DNA of 63,830 nt, the filler included, from Choristocarpus tenellus KU-1152 (lineage: Eukaryota; Protista; Phaeophyceae): NCBI GenBank assembly GCA_964200185.2. It is 14 parts of 14 records of this genome, joined end to end, with 100 filler letters (N's around TTAATTAATTAA, not from the genome) between each part and the next. Parts side by side here need not be neighbours in the genome. Positions count along the whole stretch, not along the records: positions 36,383 to 40,196 come from CAXNAD020017775.1; positions 40,297 to 48,055 come from CAXNAD020005627.1; positions 48,156 to 51,295 come from CAXNAD020022033.1; positions 51,396 to 54,975 come from CAXNAD020019130.1; 10 more parts are not named here. One strand, written 5' to 3'. The notes under the pieces were generated by a model that saw nothing but the letters and a program-made list of their open reading frames with translations, searched no databases and was not told the DNA's origin. The position numbers and the translations under genes are program-made. This document shows, in pieces, positions 39,171 to 53,000 of this stretch. Position 1 is the stretch's first letter, and every line of letters begins with the position of its first letter.

Positions 39171-40430
39171 TGCTGCTGTGACCACATCAAGCTCACAAAC
39201 CACACATAAGCGGTTCTAAGTCCTGTTTAGCCACCAAGACATGTTTGCCCCCACCTTCATGGTAGGCTCTTCATCCTAACCCCTTAGACAAGAATAAATT
39301 GACCCACATCTCCAACGTTCCCATTGTCATTGCCTATTGACCAAACACCTAAACCAGTTTTTCTGGAACCATCCTCCTCGCTGTTGCAATCCTAATCTGC
39401 CACATTTTTGTCACAATCTTCATCTCTCACATCCTTCCAATCTCCCTTGCTAACCCTTGCTATCCCCATTCTCGCTCAAATTCTCATTTCCTCCAGTAAA
39501 ACCTCCGAATCATAAACTTACGTAAACAGCATTGATCCTGATGCTAATGATCCTGATGCTGTGTCCTTGTTGATGGACACACTGTCTACAATGCTACAGC
39601 CCACTTCCAGTTGCATTTTCCATACTTCAAGGTTCTGACCAATCATTCCTCCATGCCAGGTCTTTGCCTTGAGACCTTGGTCACCTTGCAAGAGCTGATT
39701 TTCACTCCATATACTTCAAGAGCTAACCCAATATGTATCTTACACATCACCACCTTTCCTGCTTCGGCTCATCTCACAGTAGGCAGATTTCCCAGAACAG
39801 CTTGGTGCAAGTGACCTAAAGACAGGACACCCTATCTGACCTTATCTGTATGGAATTATGAGAACCTCCTAGGTTTTAAATGCATAAAAATCAAGTTGCC
39901 CAGACAATGAAAACAAGAGTAATGATTTAAAATACCATTCTCAAAATAGCATATGGACAGTCATTCAAATAGAAATTACAAACTCAAACACCCCGCCCCC
40001 CAAAATCCAAGAATTCCTACCACTATCCAGGATCGACAATTTTTGAACACCCACCTGGAACCAGGGACCTTCGGAGTGAGTTCAGGCTCTCTGTTGCTCT
40101 GTGAGCACCGAGGTCACAGGTGTTTTGGCAAGGGATGGGGGGGGGGGGGGGGGGGAAAATATTTAAAAAGGAAAGCAATGATTAAAAAAAAGAGGGNNNN
40201 NNNNNNNNNNNNNNNNNNNNNNNNNNNNNNNNNNNNNNNNTTAATTAATTAANNNNNNNNNNNNNNNNNNNNNNNNNNNNNNNNNNNNNNNNNNNNCACT
40301 ACCGAACACCTTGTTGGAGGAGTACTGACCAATTAGATTTCAGTCGGGACACCAACTCATTTGTTCCCCCCCTTCCCCCCCCCCCCCCCTCTTAAAATGT
40401 GTCATCACCTACTCTTGCACTGAATTGCAG

Positions 40431-43400
40431 TTACCCAGCCTACCTGGGTGCACGGTTGGCTGCCTTCTATGAGCGTGCGGGGAGGGCTAGCTGCATTGGC
40501 TCCCCTGGCCGTGAGGGGACTGTTACTGTTGTTGGTGCTGTGTCTCCCCCTGGTGGCGATTTCTCGGATCCTGTTACAGCTGCAACATTGTCCATCGTGC
40601 AGGTATTGTGTTACAGTGGTATGATACTTTGGTACAATTACCTGCACTTATTAGTGTTGGTAATGGGAAAGGGGTGTGTGCGTTGACAGGGAAGGGGGGG
40701 GGGGGGGGGGGGATTTTTATACTCTATAGAACTTAACTAGAAGGTGATTTTTTTTTTTTTTTTTTTNNNNNNNNNNTTTTCGGTTTTTTTGGGTGTTGGG
40801 GGGGGGGGGGGGGGGTGTTGTGGGGGGGGGGGGGGGGGGGGGGGGGGGGATATTTTGACTTATTAGATCATACTAAAAAGGGATTGTTTTTTTTTATGTT
40901 TCCTCTTGTGTGACGGCCGTCGTGGGGCGTACCTGGTGGTGATGTGTGGAATGTATCCTATTGTCAGGTGTTCTGGGGATTGGACAAGAAGCTGGCACAG
41001 CGCAAGCACTTCCCTTCATTGAACTGGCTCATCTCCTACACAAAGTAAGTGGGGGCTTACTATAGTGTACGACCACATCTACTGGAGCCTTGTGTACTGT
41101 GTGTTCCACTATGCCGTTGTGCAGCTCAGGGTCTGTCAGAAATCAGGTTCAGCTTGGTAGAAGCATGAGTGTTGGTTCCAGTCCGTGATGTGTTTTTTGT
41201 TGCAACTCTAAAGAGTGTTGAAGAGAAGACCTGATTTCTTAGCACGTGCTGTACCTTAATTCGACAGTGCACTGTCTCTTGTAGATATGTGAGGCGTTTG
41301 CGGGTGAATCTGTTGAGGGATTATTGTTGCTACTGTTGGTATTTGTGTTCCTTACTCAAGTACAACCTCAGTAGTAGCTGTTTAAATTAACTCTAGTACC
41401 TACTACTTCATATACTTGATACAGTCTAGATATTATTTTTGAAGACTGAGATAACTGACGAGTTGAAAGGTCTCATCTAAGTAGGTTATGCTTATCAATA
41501 TGAAGCTGGATGCCCTTGCTTCATCTTCCACTACGTTCTATGCCGTTCTACAGCGGGAACACCATCAGCAGGATNNNNNNNNNCCTTGCTTCATCTTCCA
41601 CTACGTTCCCCCCTCCTCCTCCCCCCCCCCATCCATTATTTTTTAATGAGTATTGTGGAGGAAATGAGACGCTTGTTTATGAAGAAACATAGAGCAAAAG
41701 TTTGAATCGTAACATGTACTCTGAGAAGTAAAATGCACAGTTGTAGTCATGTTGATTTTATTATTTTATATATATGTTCATCTGGGCATTGATTCTTGAC
41801 TCCAACTTGATACCCCCCACTCAACCACGTGAACACATGTTTTTCCCAACCCGTTCCTTGTTTGTTGGTTTGTGTGACACACGTGACCATGACAACAAAA
41901 GGTACATGCGTGTTCTGGAACCGTTCTTCAACGGATTTGACAGCAACTACGGCGAGTTGCGTACCAGGGTTAGGGATATCCTCCAGCAGGAGGACAGCCT
42001 CTCTGAGATCGTGCAGCTGGTTGGGCGGGATTCTCTCTCAGAGGACCAAAAGGTGATGGAACACAATTTGTCGGTGTGAAGAGGGTGGTGGATGAAGGAG
42101 GAAAGGGAATGGGGATGGGGGGGGGGGGTTCTGGTCTCAGATTTTTTTTTTAATGCTATTCAGTGATTGAAGAGTGTGTGATTTTCAGTTCTCGGCTGTG
42201 TATGTTGGCTCTGGGATGGAAGATCGTGTGTGGTGTGTTTATGTACTTACCTTGAAAGTTACAAGTGTTTTATGTGGTTTGTTTATGTACTTACCTTGAA
42301 AGTTACAAGTGTTTTATGTGGTTTGTTTATGTACTTACCTTGAAAGTTGCAAGTGTTTTATGTGGTGTGTTTCCTCTCTTGGCATCAGTTGAACCTAAAA
42401 ATACAGTATATTGATCCCCCCTTCAGTTCCAGGTGGGGTGTGGGGGCATACAGTGGTGTGCGGCACTTCTATACATTTGGCAGGCTTTTCTCTCTCCGTT
42501 TTACACCATTGTCTACCCCTAACCTTATTGCATGAACAGTCCTTAAAGCACAAATGTGTGAAATATATATTCATATATACATAAATATGTGGGATAAGTA
42601 CGTATTTTTTCATTTGTTGGCTATCTCATAGGGAGGTATGCAGAATACCGATTGATACAAGTTCAGAGGGAACTGTAACTGATTTTTAGGGTCCCTATAT
42701 CTGCCCTCCTAAGGGAGGGGGNNNNNNNNNNAGCGTTAATTGATTTTTGGCGGCCCTATCTCGGCCCTCTAAGGGGGGGGGGGGGGGGATCGAGCATGTT
42801 AAAAGGCATGTGCGTGGTGCATATTTTCCTTGGGACAACATAACAAAAAAGTCTTGAAAATTCAATAGAGGCAACAGGACCCTCGTATCTTGCTTGACTT
42901 AAGTTGCTCCCCCAGGTGGCAGCCCCAAAAGAAAATACACATTGCGGTATGGAGTTACTACCTAACGGTTCTGGTTGGGGTTAGATGAGCTCTCAGATAT
43001 GTAGGAAAAAACTGATAGTAATTTAATTAAAGATGGATAAAGATGCGAAAACGATTACTGTTCGTGATAATGTGTGATGGACATTGTAGGGTAACCTTTG
43101 ACTCTGATCCCCTCCTCTTTATAGTTATTGTGGTTGTTTTTTGGTTAGGCTTAGAATTCATTTGATTGGGTGACTTTGCTTGCTCTCTTTCAAGTCCTTT
43201 GCCTCGCCAACTCAACTCCCTACCCTCCCCTTCCTTTGGCAGGTGGTGCTTGAGATTGCCCGTCTGATCCGTGAGGACTTCTTGCAGCAGAACGCCTTCA
43301 CAGACTATGATTACACATGCCCTCTCTACAAGTCCCTGGGCATGCTCAAGGTGAGAGAGAATAGACGTGGCATCGTGGAGGGAAGAGGAGACCTGGCCAG

Positions 43401-44220
43401 ACCTCCTTGTTCGGAATGGTGTATACGGTTGAGTTGAATTATCTTGACAAGCAATGGTCTATGCGTCGAGTGAACCCTCTTGTTCCTTTTCACTGCTTGC
43501 TGCTGTCTGTGTGATTTAGTTGATCCTCCTGATGGTTCCCTAGATATGCTCTTGCTTGTCAAAATCGCTGTTATGTTATGCCCATCTTGTATACTGTCTT
43601 TCCGTGCTTTGTGTTGGTGTTGTCTGTCCAGACGATTGTGACTTTCTACAACTGCACCCAGAAGGCCATCTCTGATTCTCCGCCAGAGGCCAAGATCACG
43701 TGGGCGCACGTCAAGACCACGATGTCTCCTCTGCTGCAGAAGGTGAAACGATGTTGTTTGATAGATCTTTTGTTTTTTTTCAAGAGGCTTTTGTTTTTCG
43801 CAGTCTTCCGCCGCTGAGTGGGACTGGAGGACAAGAGGAAGTAGTGGTGCAGACTTCAAGAGGGTTACTTACAAAGGGCGGGTGGTGCCTTTTGTGTCCA
43901 TATCATGTTGCCTCCTTTTGCTGACGAATTGGTCTTTATGAGATGTACGGTTTCATCCTGCTTCCTTCATGAGAGTAGTTCAGCTTTTCAATTTTGAATC
44001 CTTGACTCAAAAATTATTACCCTCTCGGTTATCCCTGTTGCCCTTGGTCTGCGAACGCCTACCTCACTGCAGCTTCCCCCCCCCCCCTTATGTGTCTTCT
44101 GGTCAGGTTGTGGATGGTAAGTTCTTGGACCCAAAGATGCCCCGCGAATCCATGGACAAGGAGTACAGCTCCACTTGCGAAGAGATTGAGCAGGCGTTCC
44201 AGTCCCTTTCTGAGATCTAA
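40431..44220 (+). CDS. VHA-A: V-type H+-ATPase catalytic subunit A, 3' portion; exons 40431-40602, 40968-41044, 41902-42052, 43243-43350, 43632-43742, 44107-44220
   Basis: [17 protein letters not shown]...[15 protein letters not shown]...[26 protein letters not shown]...EIVQLVG...[15 protein letters not shown], ending in TAA. All introns are GT-AG with consistent phases. Confidence 0.98.
42236..42367 (+). repeat. Intronic 44-bp tandem repeat, 3 copies
   Basis: tgtttatgtacttaccttgaaagttacaagtgttttatgtggtt at 42236, 42280 and 42324. Confidence 0.92.
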
Positions 44221-47200
44221 GTACAGTTGACACAGTGCCTTTACCCCTCCCTCACTTGCCCTAGCAGAATCTTCCTGCACAGGAGAGTAGACCTGTGTAT
44301 CGTAGTGTGGGAAGAGGGGATGTGTGTGCGCGTGTGCTCTTTGAGGTGGGTTTGGTTGTTGTAGTGGAGGAAGGGATAACATCAATCTCATGTTTTCATG
44401 GGAGTGGGTATGTGGGGTGTGGTGGGATGAGGTGGTGCCAAAGTTCGTTGAGTGGACTTTTGCTGCCTTAGGGAGCAGAAAGGGAAGGAGGGCGGGGTGG
44501 GGGGGGGGAATGACAAGATGCTATTTGACCACAATAGGGCTGGGGTCACGTTGAAGGTGGAAAGCTTGATTTTGTCACCAATTAGGGAGTGAAAGGGAAT
44601 CAGCAGAATGGTGGAAACTTAGTAAATGATAACTTCCTCCGATGATTTTTAAGCGATCTAGTCTTGCCATGGCTGGCACTGTATCTCACTCCAGTTCATC
44701 AAATGTGTTGTTTTGCTGAAAATTTACCATCTCCAGTACGGAAGTGCTGTACAGCATCACTGTGCTGGTCCTGTTGCTATAGTTTATGAGTGTGATGCCA
44801 CTGCGATAGGATTGGTCCTATTCGCCTCGGGGGATGGTATGCATGCCCTCCTCTTTGATGTATGTCCTCTTTCCCCATGATCAGAGGTTGTGGCGGTGGT
44901 GCCCTCCCTCTGGTATGTAGTTGTGTTTGCATGACTGCTTTGGTCAAAGGTTCTTTTGAGTTGCATGGATGAAAGGGGAACACTGACATGTTTTTTACTG
45001 GTTGTGTTCGTTCGTGTATTGTTGTGTGTCCCCTTGCGTAGGAATGAGCTATTGTATATTGTACTCAAGAACACAAATAGTAAGCATTCCAACAGGCAAG
45101 CAACAGTCAGATTCGCCACGAAGTGTGGCTTGTGGCTCTACCTCTGTGTGGCTTACACTTGTCCCCGATACAATTTTCTCTTAATTTTGCGTTTGTGAGG
45201 GACAAAGGAGCCAAAGGAGCGATGGCTTGTTGATATATTTCATTATTATTGCAACGTACAGGTATCTTTGCGGTCAATTTTTGTACTATTTTATTTTATT
45301 TTGTAAAGTGTTCGTTTGCTCTACAAATCTCGTCACGACTCGTAGAAATACATGGTCAATCAAGTGGTATACTCATTGCATAAACCGTTTTTATGTTCTC
45401 CTTCGATTGGTGTATCCCAAACTCAAATGAAGAGAGGGGTAACTAAGTTCCTTGTATTTCATTTCGTACTAATGGATATCATATATAAGAGGGGATGTCA
45501 ATGAGTTTCGAGGGTCTCTATTACTGTTTCGATTTATTTTTCATCTTTTGAGCACTGTGGACGGTACTTCCCGCTAATGGTGGTTTCACAAGTTAGTATT
45601 CCATGTTGCAGCTGGTCACACCCTCTCAATGGGGGATTGAATGGATTTTGGACACATGGCGTAATGACAATTGCACATGGTTGAGAGTCAAAATCCTCTC
45701 ATATGGTCCCAATTAGTCTCCTATAATATGCGGCAACCCCTTAAATATGAGCGAAATAGTGTATCTGTATCATTTTTGGGACGAATAAAGATTAAACGAT
45801 TGTCTCTGTACTTTTCTAAAACCACCGATAAGCATGCTACCTGCATTTTGTCTACAATACTTGCCTTTTTTATGTTACAGGAAGTCTTCATGAAGCTTGC
45901 CTATCATACAATATCAATCCTATCGGTGTCAGTTTTGAAATGTTAGAAGAACTTCCACTTCCGTATTACGATAATAATTACTACTGCAGTATTATCGGAT
46001 ACAAGAATGTTACTGTATACTTCTCCTATCATGATCATCAGTTCGAAAATAAAAAGTTCTTGTGGATTGACGATATCCACTAGAAGTAGAGGTTACATGT
46101 ATCCATCTTTGTTTTAACTCATTTCTGGACATGCATAGTAGTAGCTCCCCTTGACTGTAAAATAGAGGGAGTTACCAACAGGAAGATCCCTTCAAAAAAA
46201 GAAATAGAGCCTTAAAATGGAGTCAACAAAGTCAGGGGCGGAGAAAGTTAGGGGACGCTGCTTGACTTGTGGATTGGTGACAATGACAGGTACCAGATTT
46301 ATCTTGTTTTTATAGGGCTTTTAAAAGTTACCAACTCCGCTGTACTTCTTCCTACACATGCACCTTTTAAGAATCATTGCTTGTAGAGATGTGGAAATAG
46401 TAATGACAACATACACCGAAGGAGGTACGTCGGAGGCGGTTTTTCGTGTAGGAGGCAGAATAAGACAGTGGTATCATTGTACAAAGAGAAAAATTCGTAA
46501 CAAATACCACTACAACATACTCCAAATATTTAGTGTGCCACTTTGAGTCAAGTTGAAGAGAATGCCATACCTAACTTTTCCTGTCTTACCCTCTCGGCAG
46601 AAACATATTAAACACAGAAGCAACCATAGCTGCTCCACAGTGCATTTCTATTAGAGTATTGGGTACAACGTAACATGTCAAGAGCAAAATTGCACAAAGA
46701 AGATGGTCACTAACTAGATGAAGAAATGTTTGAAGGGAATAACAGTGAAAAATCTCAAAAAGCACAGCTATACACCTCATTCCCGGGTCCACTCAAACTA
46801 TCGAAGTACCAGATTCCAAGAAGTGCACAGGAACAATTTAACCTTCACCAATTGCTCCTCTCACAACCCGCCCACCCCACAACTTAAGTCAAGACTAGCA
46901 ACCCTGTAGGACCAAGCACACACTACACACGACTCTACGATGGTTCACACCTCAAAGAACGTAAAACGTAACACTGCTATTCCCACAACGCTCCAGTCCA
47001 AAACATATACAACACTGTGTGCAAAGCTCGAAACACTCCAGCAAAAGAACACACCTAACATATGTACACAACGCTCAGCGAAATGTTAACACAAAGAGCT
47101 TCAACACAGTGCAACAAAAGTACAATGTTGTCCAAAGGTGTCCCGACCTCATGAGAGCATAAATGTCCAGAATACAACACTAAGAGTTTCAACCCGTAAC

Positions 47201-47472
47201 GCAATGTTGTACTGTCAACTCCCACGATAAGAAACTTGAAAGGAAAAATTAGAAAGTGTGCTAATACAGTCTCATCAACAAACCAATCCTGACCTCCCCT
47301 GAGGCGGTTTCACTTTCATCTTCATTAGCACTCACTTGTCACTTCCTCACCCTTTAACTCTTCATCTCTCTTGATTGATACTATATGCCGAGCATCAATG
47401 TTACCTACAACTGCCTAACTAACACTAGAGTGACCACACACCACCACATCCTATCGACACACCAGGGACACC

Positions 47473-47616
47473 CTATTCAATCCACTTCACAGTGCCAACA
47501 AGAAGAAATCGACTGGGCAGAGCCCCGGGGCAGGGGCTCAGCACGGCAAGCCGTCGTTGCTCTACGTCTACCTCTGTCACATACAAAAACCCTGCGGTAT
47601 TGGATTGAAGGAGCTC
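47473..47616 (-). CDS. CLP1: Terminal exon of polyribonucleotide 5'-hydroxyl kinase / cleavage factor CLP1
   Basis: cag|ELLQSNTAGFLYVTEVDVEQRRLAVLSPCPGALPSRFLLVGTVKWIE* matches the Clp1 C-terminal pattern (SNvAGFxxVTxVD...vLsPxxxxLP). Confidence 0.85.
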   Translation of the reverse strand, partial: ELLQSNTAGFLYVTEVDVEQRRLAVLSPCPGALPSRFLLVGTVKWIE

Positions 47617-48363
47617 CTGCACAAGGTGCAGCCGCAATACACCATCACAACCATGAGATTTTCACATTGTCATCCACAAAGGTTTTGAAGGGGCCAGGAA
47701 GGCGGTGCAGGACAAGTCAGGAATGGGCACAAGGATACAGTGCGTAAGAGTGGGGATGTGAGATGTGAGTAGTAAATTGCATATTGAGGGCAACGACAAG
47801 GAAACTTCAACAACATCGGGGCATGGGAACAGGTTGAATTCCGGGCACAGGTTGTCGCCAATCAAGTGGTGGGTGGGTTTTCATTTGTAAGGTAAGGACT
47901 GGTAGATGTGATAAGTTGGAACGTATTCAAAATTATGGTACTGGAGGGCGAGGGGAGGGGGGGGGGGGGGGGGGGGGGAAAAAAAAAATAAAAATAAAAT
48001 TATAATAAAAAAAAAAAAAAGGAGAAGCAAACGTCACAACCCCAACACCCCCAAANNNNNNNNNNNNNNNNNNNNNNNNNNNNNNNNNNNNNNNNNNNNT
48101 TAATTAATTAANNNNNNNNNNNNNNNNNNNNNNNNNNNNNNNNNNNNNNNNNNNNCCAGTTGTTCAACAAAAAAAAAAGCAAAAATAATAATAATAATCA
48201 CACGCCCACGAACAGAATGCAGCAGGCATCTGTTTTCTTCTCATCACTCGAGAGCACGCCGTAACAAGGTGAGACTGAAAAGCAGAGCCAGATCCCATCC
48301 CTTAACCCATTGCCTAAAAGTATCAAGTTCCTTAAGAAGCCAATCGAAATGTGGTCAACTTCA

Positions 48364-48520
48364 GAGCCAAAGTATCTTAGAGGGTAGAGCCGCGTCCATT
48401 CAGAGGGGGCCAAAATCCAATGTCGTGATTTTGAAGAAATTTTGGCTATCGCGTTTGTTTGCAAGTGTCAGTATCCTTGTTCCGGACACACCTTTTCATA
48501 GCCGTATACATTTTAGGTTA
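48364..48520 (-). mobile_element. Partial MITE family A copy
   Basis: gagccaaagtatcttagagggtagagccgcgtcc... is the reverse complement of the right half of 33456-33706. Confidence 0.8.
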
Positions 48521-49540
48521 CTGTTTTCACATTTTAAAAAAACGAAAAAGGGCATATAAATCCCCTAACCCTAAGCCAAGCCCTGAACAGATAAACATGG
48601 CAAAACTCCTAACCTCTCTTAAAGGCTTTCACTCAGAAAAAGCACAACATTTCTTTCATGCCAGTATTCTTTCGGCCGTAAAATACCGCGTACTGCGTAA
48701 CACATGCAGCGTACACTTCCACATCACAAACTCAAAACATTTACGCATCACCACTGTCTGATCCTTCTTGATCGTGTCCTTGATCATCCTTCAATCAGTT
48801 CAAATGGAGCACCAAATAATGCACATTTAGGTTTTACCGGAACTACAAATTTACTGGGAAAGAAAACGTATTAACAATACCGTCCTCTTTTAAAAATAAC
48901 ACAAACACAGGCCCATACATGAATATGTTTGTATATGTATATGTGTATGTAAATGCATATGCATATGCATATATATATCAAAAATCATTGTTTTCTTTCA
49001 CAGCCTCAAAATGACAGAAACTAGAGCATTATTCCAATACGTACATAATGATCTAAAGAATCCTACACCCATTGACTTCTGTTCTATACAACATATATTA
49101 TTACCTGTTAATACTATTATTATTACTATTACTTGAGGGGTCCCAAATCCATATCCATCACCTACTTTTCTATAAAACATACATTATTACCTGTTAGTAA
49201 TATTACTATTATTATTATTCTGAGGGGTTCCAAATCCATGGCCCAAGAGGTGAATTCAGAGAAAGGCGGTACCACAACACTTCAAAAAAAATAAAACAAC
49301 TCAGAAATAAAAACAGAGAGAGGGCAAGGGAGCGTACTTAGTTGACGTGGCCAAGATAGGGTACCCAATGACAAGAGATACAAGAGAACCTCAGGAACAA
49401 TGCACTACCCACCCAATACATGGGATAGGAAGTCATACCAAACATCACCGCATATAACCAGGTCCTACTTCAAAAATACATGTGTTGTGTGTTGTGTTTT
49501 ATGTGTGTATACGTGTTACATGTTGTGTGCTGTTTGTGTC

Positions 49541-49577
<37 letters not shown>

Positions 49578-49847
49578 TGTGTTGTGTTTGTCTCAGCGAG
49601 TCACACACTAACCCTGTCCCATCCAAATCTGGACCATCTCTCTCGCAACACACGCATCAAACGAAACAAAACAAAACAAAATTAAATTAAATTAAATTAA
49701 ATTAAATTAAATAAATAAAATAGAGGAACGCTACAAAAAACAAAAAAGAACAGAAAAAAAACACACATACACACACAAAAGAAACTGCATTTCTCTTTTC
49801 CTCTTTTTATTTATTATTATTTTTATAATATTTCTCATTTTTCTCAC

Positions 49848-50081
49848 CGCTCTGGTACCGCCACCAGGGCCCCCCCGACTGTGCCCCTTCCCAACCACAA
49901 GGGTCACAGTGGTCAGCGCGGTTTCCAGGTCATCCGGTTCCACCCCCATCCGCTTCGCTGCCAGTAACAAGCCCTTCTCCTCAGGGTGGTCCGCGACCGT
50001 GGCCCTGTGCCCATCTCCATGATCCTTGAAGGCGATGTTTCCAATGGCAAGAACGCCTGCCAGGAGACCGAACAGTTGCGA
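49848..50081 (-). CDS. Internal exon of a myosin heavy-chain motor domain
   Basis: cag|SQLFGLLAGVLAIGNIAFKD...LLLAAKRMGVEPDDLETALTTVTL...|gtgaga (78 codons, phase 0) fits the myosin LAxxLxxGNIxF...aAxxlGV...LxxALT signature. Confidence 0.85.
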
Positions 50082-53000
50082 CTGTTTCGGAGGGCCACGG
50101 CCGCGCGCGCGCGGTAGTGGTCAGCGATTTAAATAAATAAATAAAAAGGTACCGTGTGAAAGAAAGGGTTCTACTGCCGATGCTATTGAACCTTATATAT
50201 ACTTGGGGTTTATTTTTTAATTGTAAACAGTGATTGATTGATTCAGCAGTTACAATCGACTCGGAGAGAACAATCGAAAAGGCGAGATAATCAAGAGCCA
50301 GCAGTGCACAACCGGGGGGTTAAGAATCCACAGGTACTTTCTTTTTAGTAGTCATTTTGGAAAAAAACTCTGTGGTTATATTGCCTCCCTTTCCCCTTTC
50401 CCCTTTCCCCTTTCCCCTTTCCCCTTCCTCCTTTCCCGTCCCCTACTCTCCCCTGTCGTTCCACTAGGCCATCAAAAAAAAAGACAGATGCCAATAGTGC
50501 ATCCATGTTCAAAATCACAAGAAAAAAAAAAAGGGTGGAAATATATACGCACTTGATAGAAAAAAAAAGAAAAAAAAGAAAAGAAAGAAAAAAAAGAAAA
50601 GAAAAGAAAAGAAAAGAAAAGAAGATAAGAGAAAATGTAAACATTCAAATGTGTATGATGCTACCAGAGAGAGAGGTTTGTCCTTTCGAGAGAAGCACAC
50701 ATTCTCCGATTCTGGAAATAGGTCATTTTCTTTATTTCTTGTGGGGAGGAGACAAAAGCCGAGTGTGTTGCTAGTCGATTTCTTTTTTAAATGATCAGTA
50801 GTCATAAATGTTCTGTTTTGATCACCGACGTGGATTTTTTTTTTATTTGATCGACTTATTTGAAGGGAAAGGACACCTCTGTAGTTTGCTTTAAAGACAA
50901 CCTTAAATCATTTAAACGACTGTATGCATGCATGTGTGTGTGTACCTATTATACCCTCCATACTTAATCAATATTATCTCACTCTGCCATATTAGCAATA
51001 TACCATTAAAAATAATAATAATACTGATACAAATAATAATAATAATAGTAATTCACATCAAGAAAAAATTGGCAATTTCAAGTTAGAAACCAAGGGTAAG
51101 GTCAGAGTCAGAAAATTTTACAACAAAAACAAAAACACACACACACGTGCACACAAACTCAAAAAATTAAAAGACACAAACGTCCACGATAAAGAAACCC
51201 AGATGTATGTAATTCATTGGGGGGGGGGAGGGGGGAGGGAGGGAGGGAGGGAGGGGGGTTGTTTTCCTCCTTACAGAACTAACTCAATAATACTANNNNN
51301 NNNNNNNNNNNNNNNNNNNNNNNNNNNNNNNNNNNNNNNTTAATTAATTAANNNNNNNNNNNNNNNNNNNNNNNNNNNNNNNNNNNNNNNNNNNNAGGGT
51401 GTGCTTGTCATTGCGGGGGTGGGAGTGTCTCGGGGGGAGGAGGGGATAAGGGGGGGGGGGGGGGGGGGAGGAAGGGGAGGGGGGAAGAGTGTGTAGAGAT
51501 TATGGAGGAGGTTTGGGCACATGTAGTGCAGGTGAAGAGTGATGGCTCTTGACCAACTATCCCTCCCCTGTAGATGAACATAATTTTACTGGGCAGGCAG
51601 CTGTAAAAATCTAAGCAGGGAGGATTGGGCGCGGCATGCGTATTGAATGAAGATCAGGATGTAATGACGGTTGAGGTTGGGGGAAAGAGTGGACTATTGA
51701 AAGGGAATAGAGGGGCAATGTGCCAGCCTAGAGGTGTGTGCGCCTGCCTATCTACTTTTCAAGGCTGTCCCCCCCCTCTCACAATCTCTCTGTGTGGCTC
51801 CATCTTTCATGCACTGTTGTGACTACTGGGGCTTACGGGCACCCTCTTCCTCCTTTTGTGCTGCTGGTTCATGTTGTAGCTGTGGGTTTCAATGGAGGTG
51901 TTGTCAACCTGTCATTGTTCTTGTTGAGTCTCTTATATTTTGGGTTTGTGTGCCAGGATGTTGCATTCATGAGAGGGGTGAAGACATGTATCAGATATGA
52001 GGGACTTGAGTGATGTGTGAACATGTGAGAGGTGTATCCTCAAGGCTGACATTGTAACGTACCAAAGGTAGCCCCACTGCTAAGAGAAAAAACTCTGTAT
52101 GTTGCAATGATGGTGAGAAAGAGCCGGCGATACTGTGAGGATACCGCTGGCATTTGACTGACCTGACCCTCTTTGATTGGGATGGCTGTAGTTGATTTAG
52201 CAGTTCGTGGTAGGCATGACATGGCATGGCGCGGGCATATGTATGGCCCCCCACTAAAGGGGAGATGATGTATTCCACATCGGCAAGGTGTTGATGTTAT
52301 GGAAAAACTAGGTAGGATTACTGTGTGTGACTGGGCAAGAGAAATATCTACAGATCTAACATAAAAATTAAATCCTTGATTAAATATATTTGAGCATTTC
52401 TGAAGACATGTTGACTTTTATTATTTCTCAAAGATACGAAAGCTCTTGCAAAGTGCATCTGGATATCCTGAATAATTTTTATAAAAATTAGGAAAATGTT
52501 TTTCATTCACTTTATGAAAAAGGAAAAGGTATGTGTAAAAGTAGAAAATCAGTTCAGTGCATAGCATAGATTAGTAAGTGTAATTGCTTGCTCCTTGACC
52601 TGCCCTCAGATGATGTGAAGGGTATCCTTTATGTATCCTTTAAACAGCAAAATAAGCTTCACATATATTTTTTAATATATATTTTACAGTGATTGGTGCA
52701 CGTGACACTGAAATGTAACTCTTTCAAGTTTTCAAAATATATATGAACATCTTGAAAATATGAATAACTATTATTAGCGCACACTGAAACAAAGGTAACA
52801 GTACATACAAATATGATTTAGAAAAAAAAAAAACTGTTAAAATAACCCAAATATTGTACCAATGAGAGAGAATGATCAAGTTCTTTGTGATTGGTAAGAC
52901 TAATTGATAAGTAGGGATAGGAGATAACTCAAAAGGAAAAAAAAAGTGGCGAGTAGAGGTGAACTGAGAAGGCTTTTTTGCACCTGCTTTCTAGATGTGC

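Noticed and set aside
42236-42367. CRISPR-like array
   Set aside because: Pure tandem units without unique spacers, inside a eukaryotic intron.
40431-44220. Possible VMA1-type intein in V-ATPase A
   Set aside because: The reconstructed exons are colinear with the normal protein, and the known intein site lies upstream, outside this contig.
44772-45093. Possible solo LTR (TGTTG...TTCCAACA)
   Set aside because: No matching target-site duplication found.
49400-50805. ORFs rich in CV, K/R or F/L
   Set aside because: Translations of (GT)n, (A)n and (T)n microsatellites in introns.
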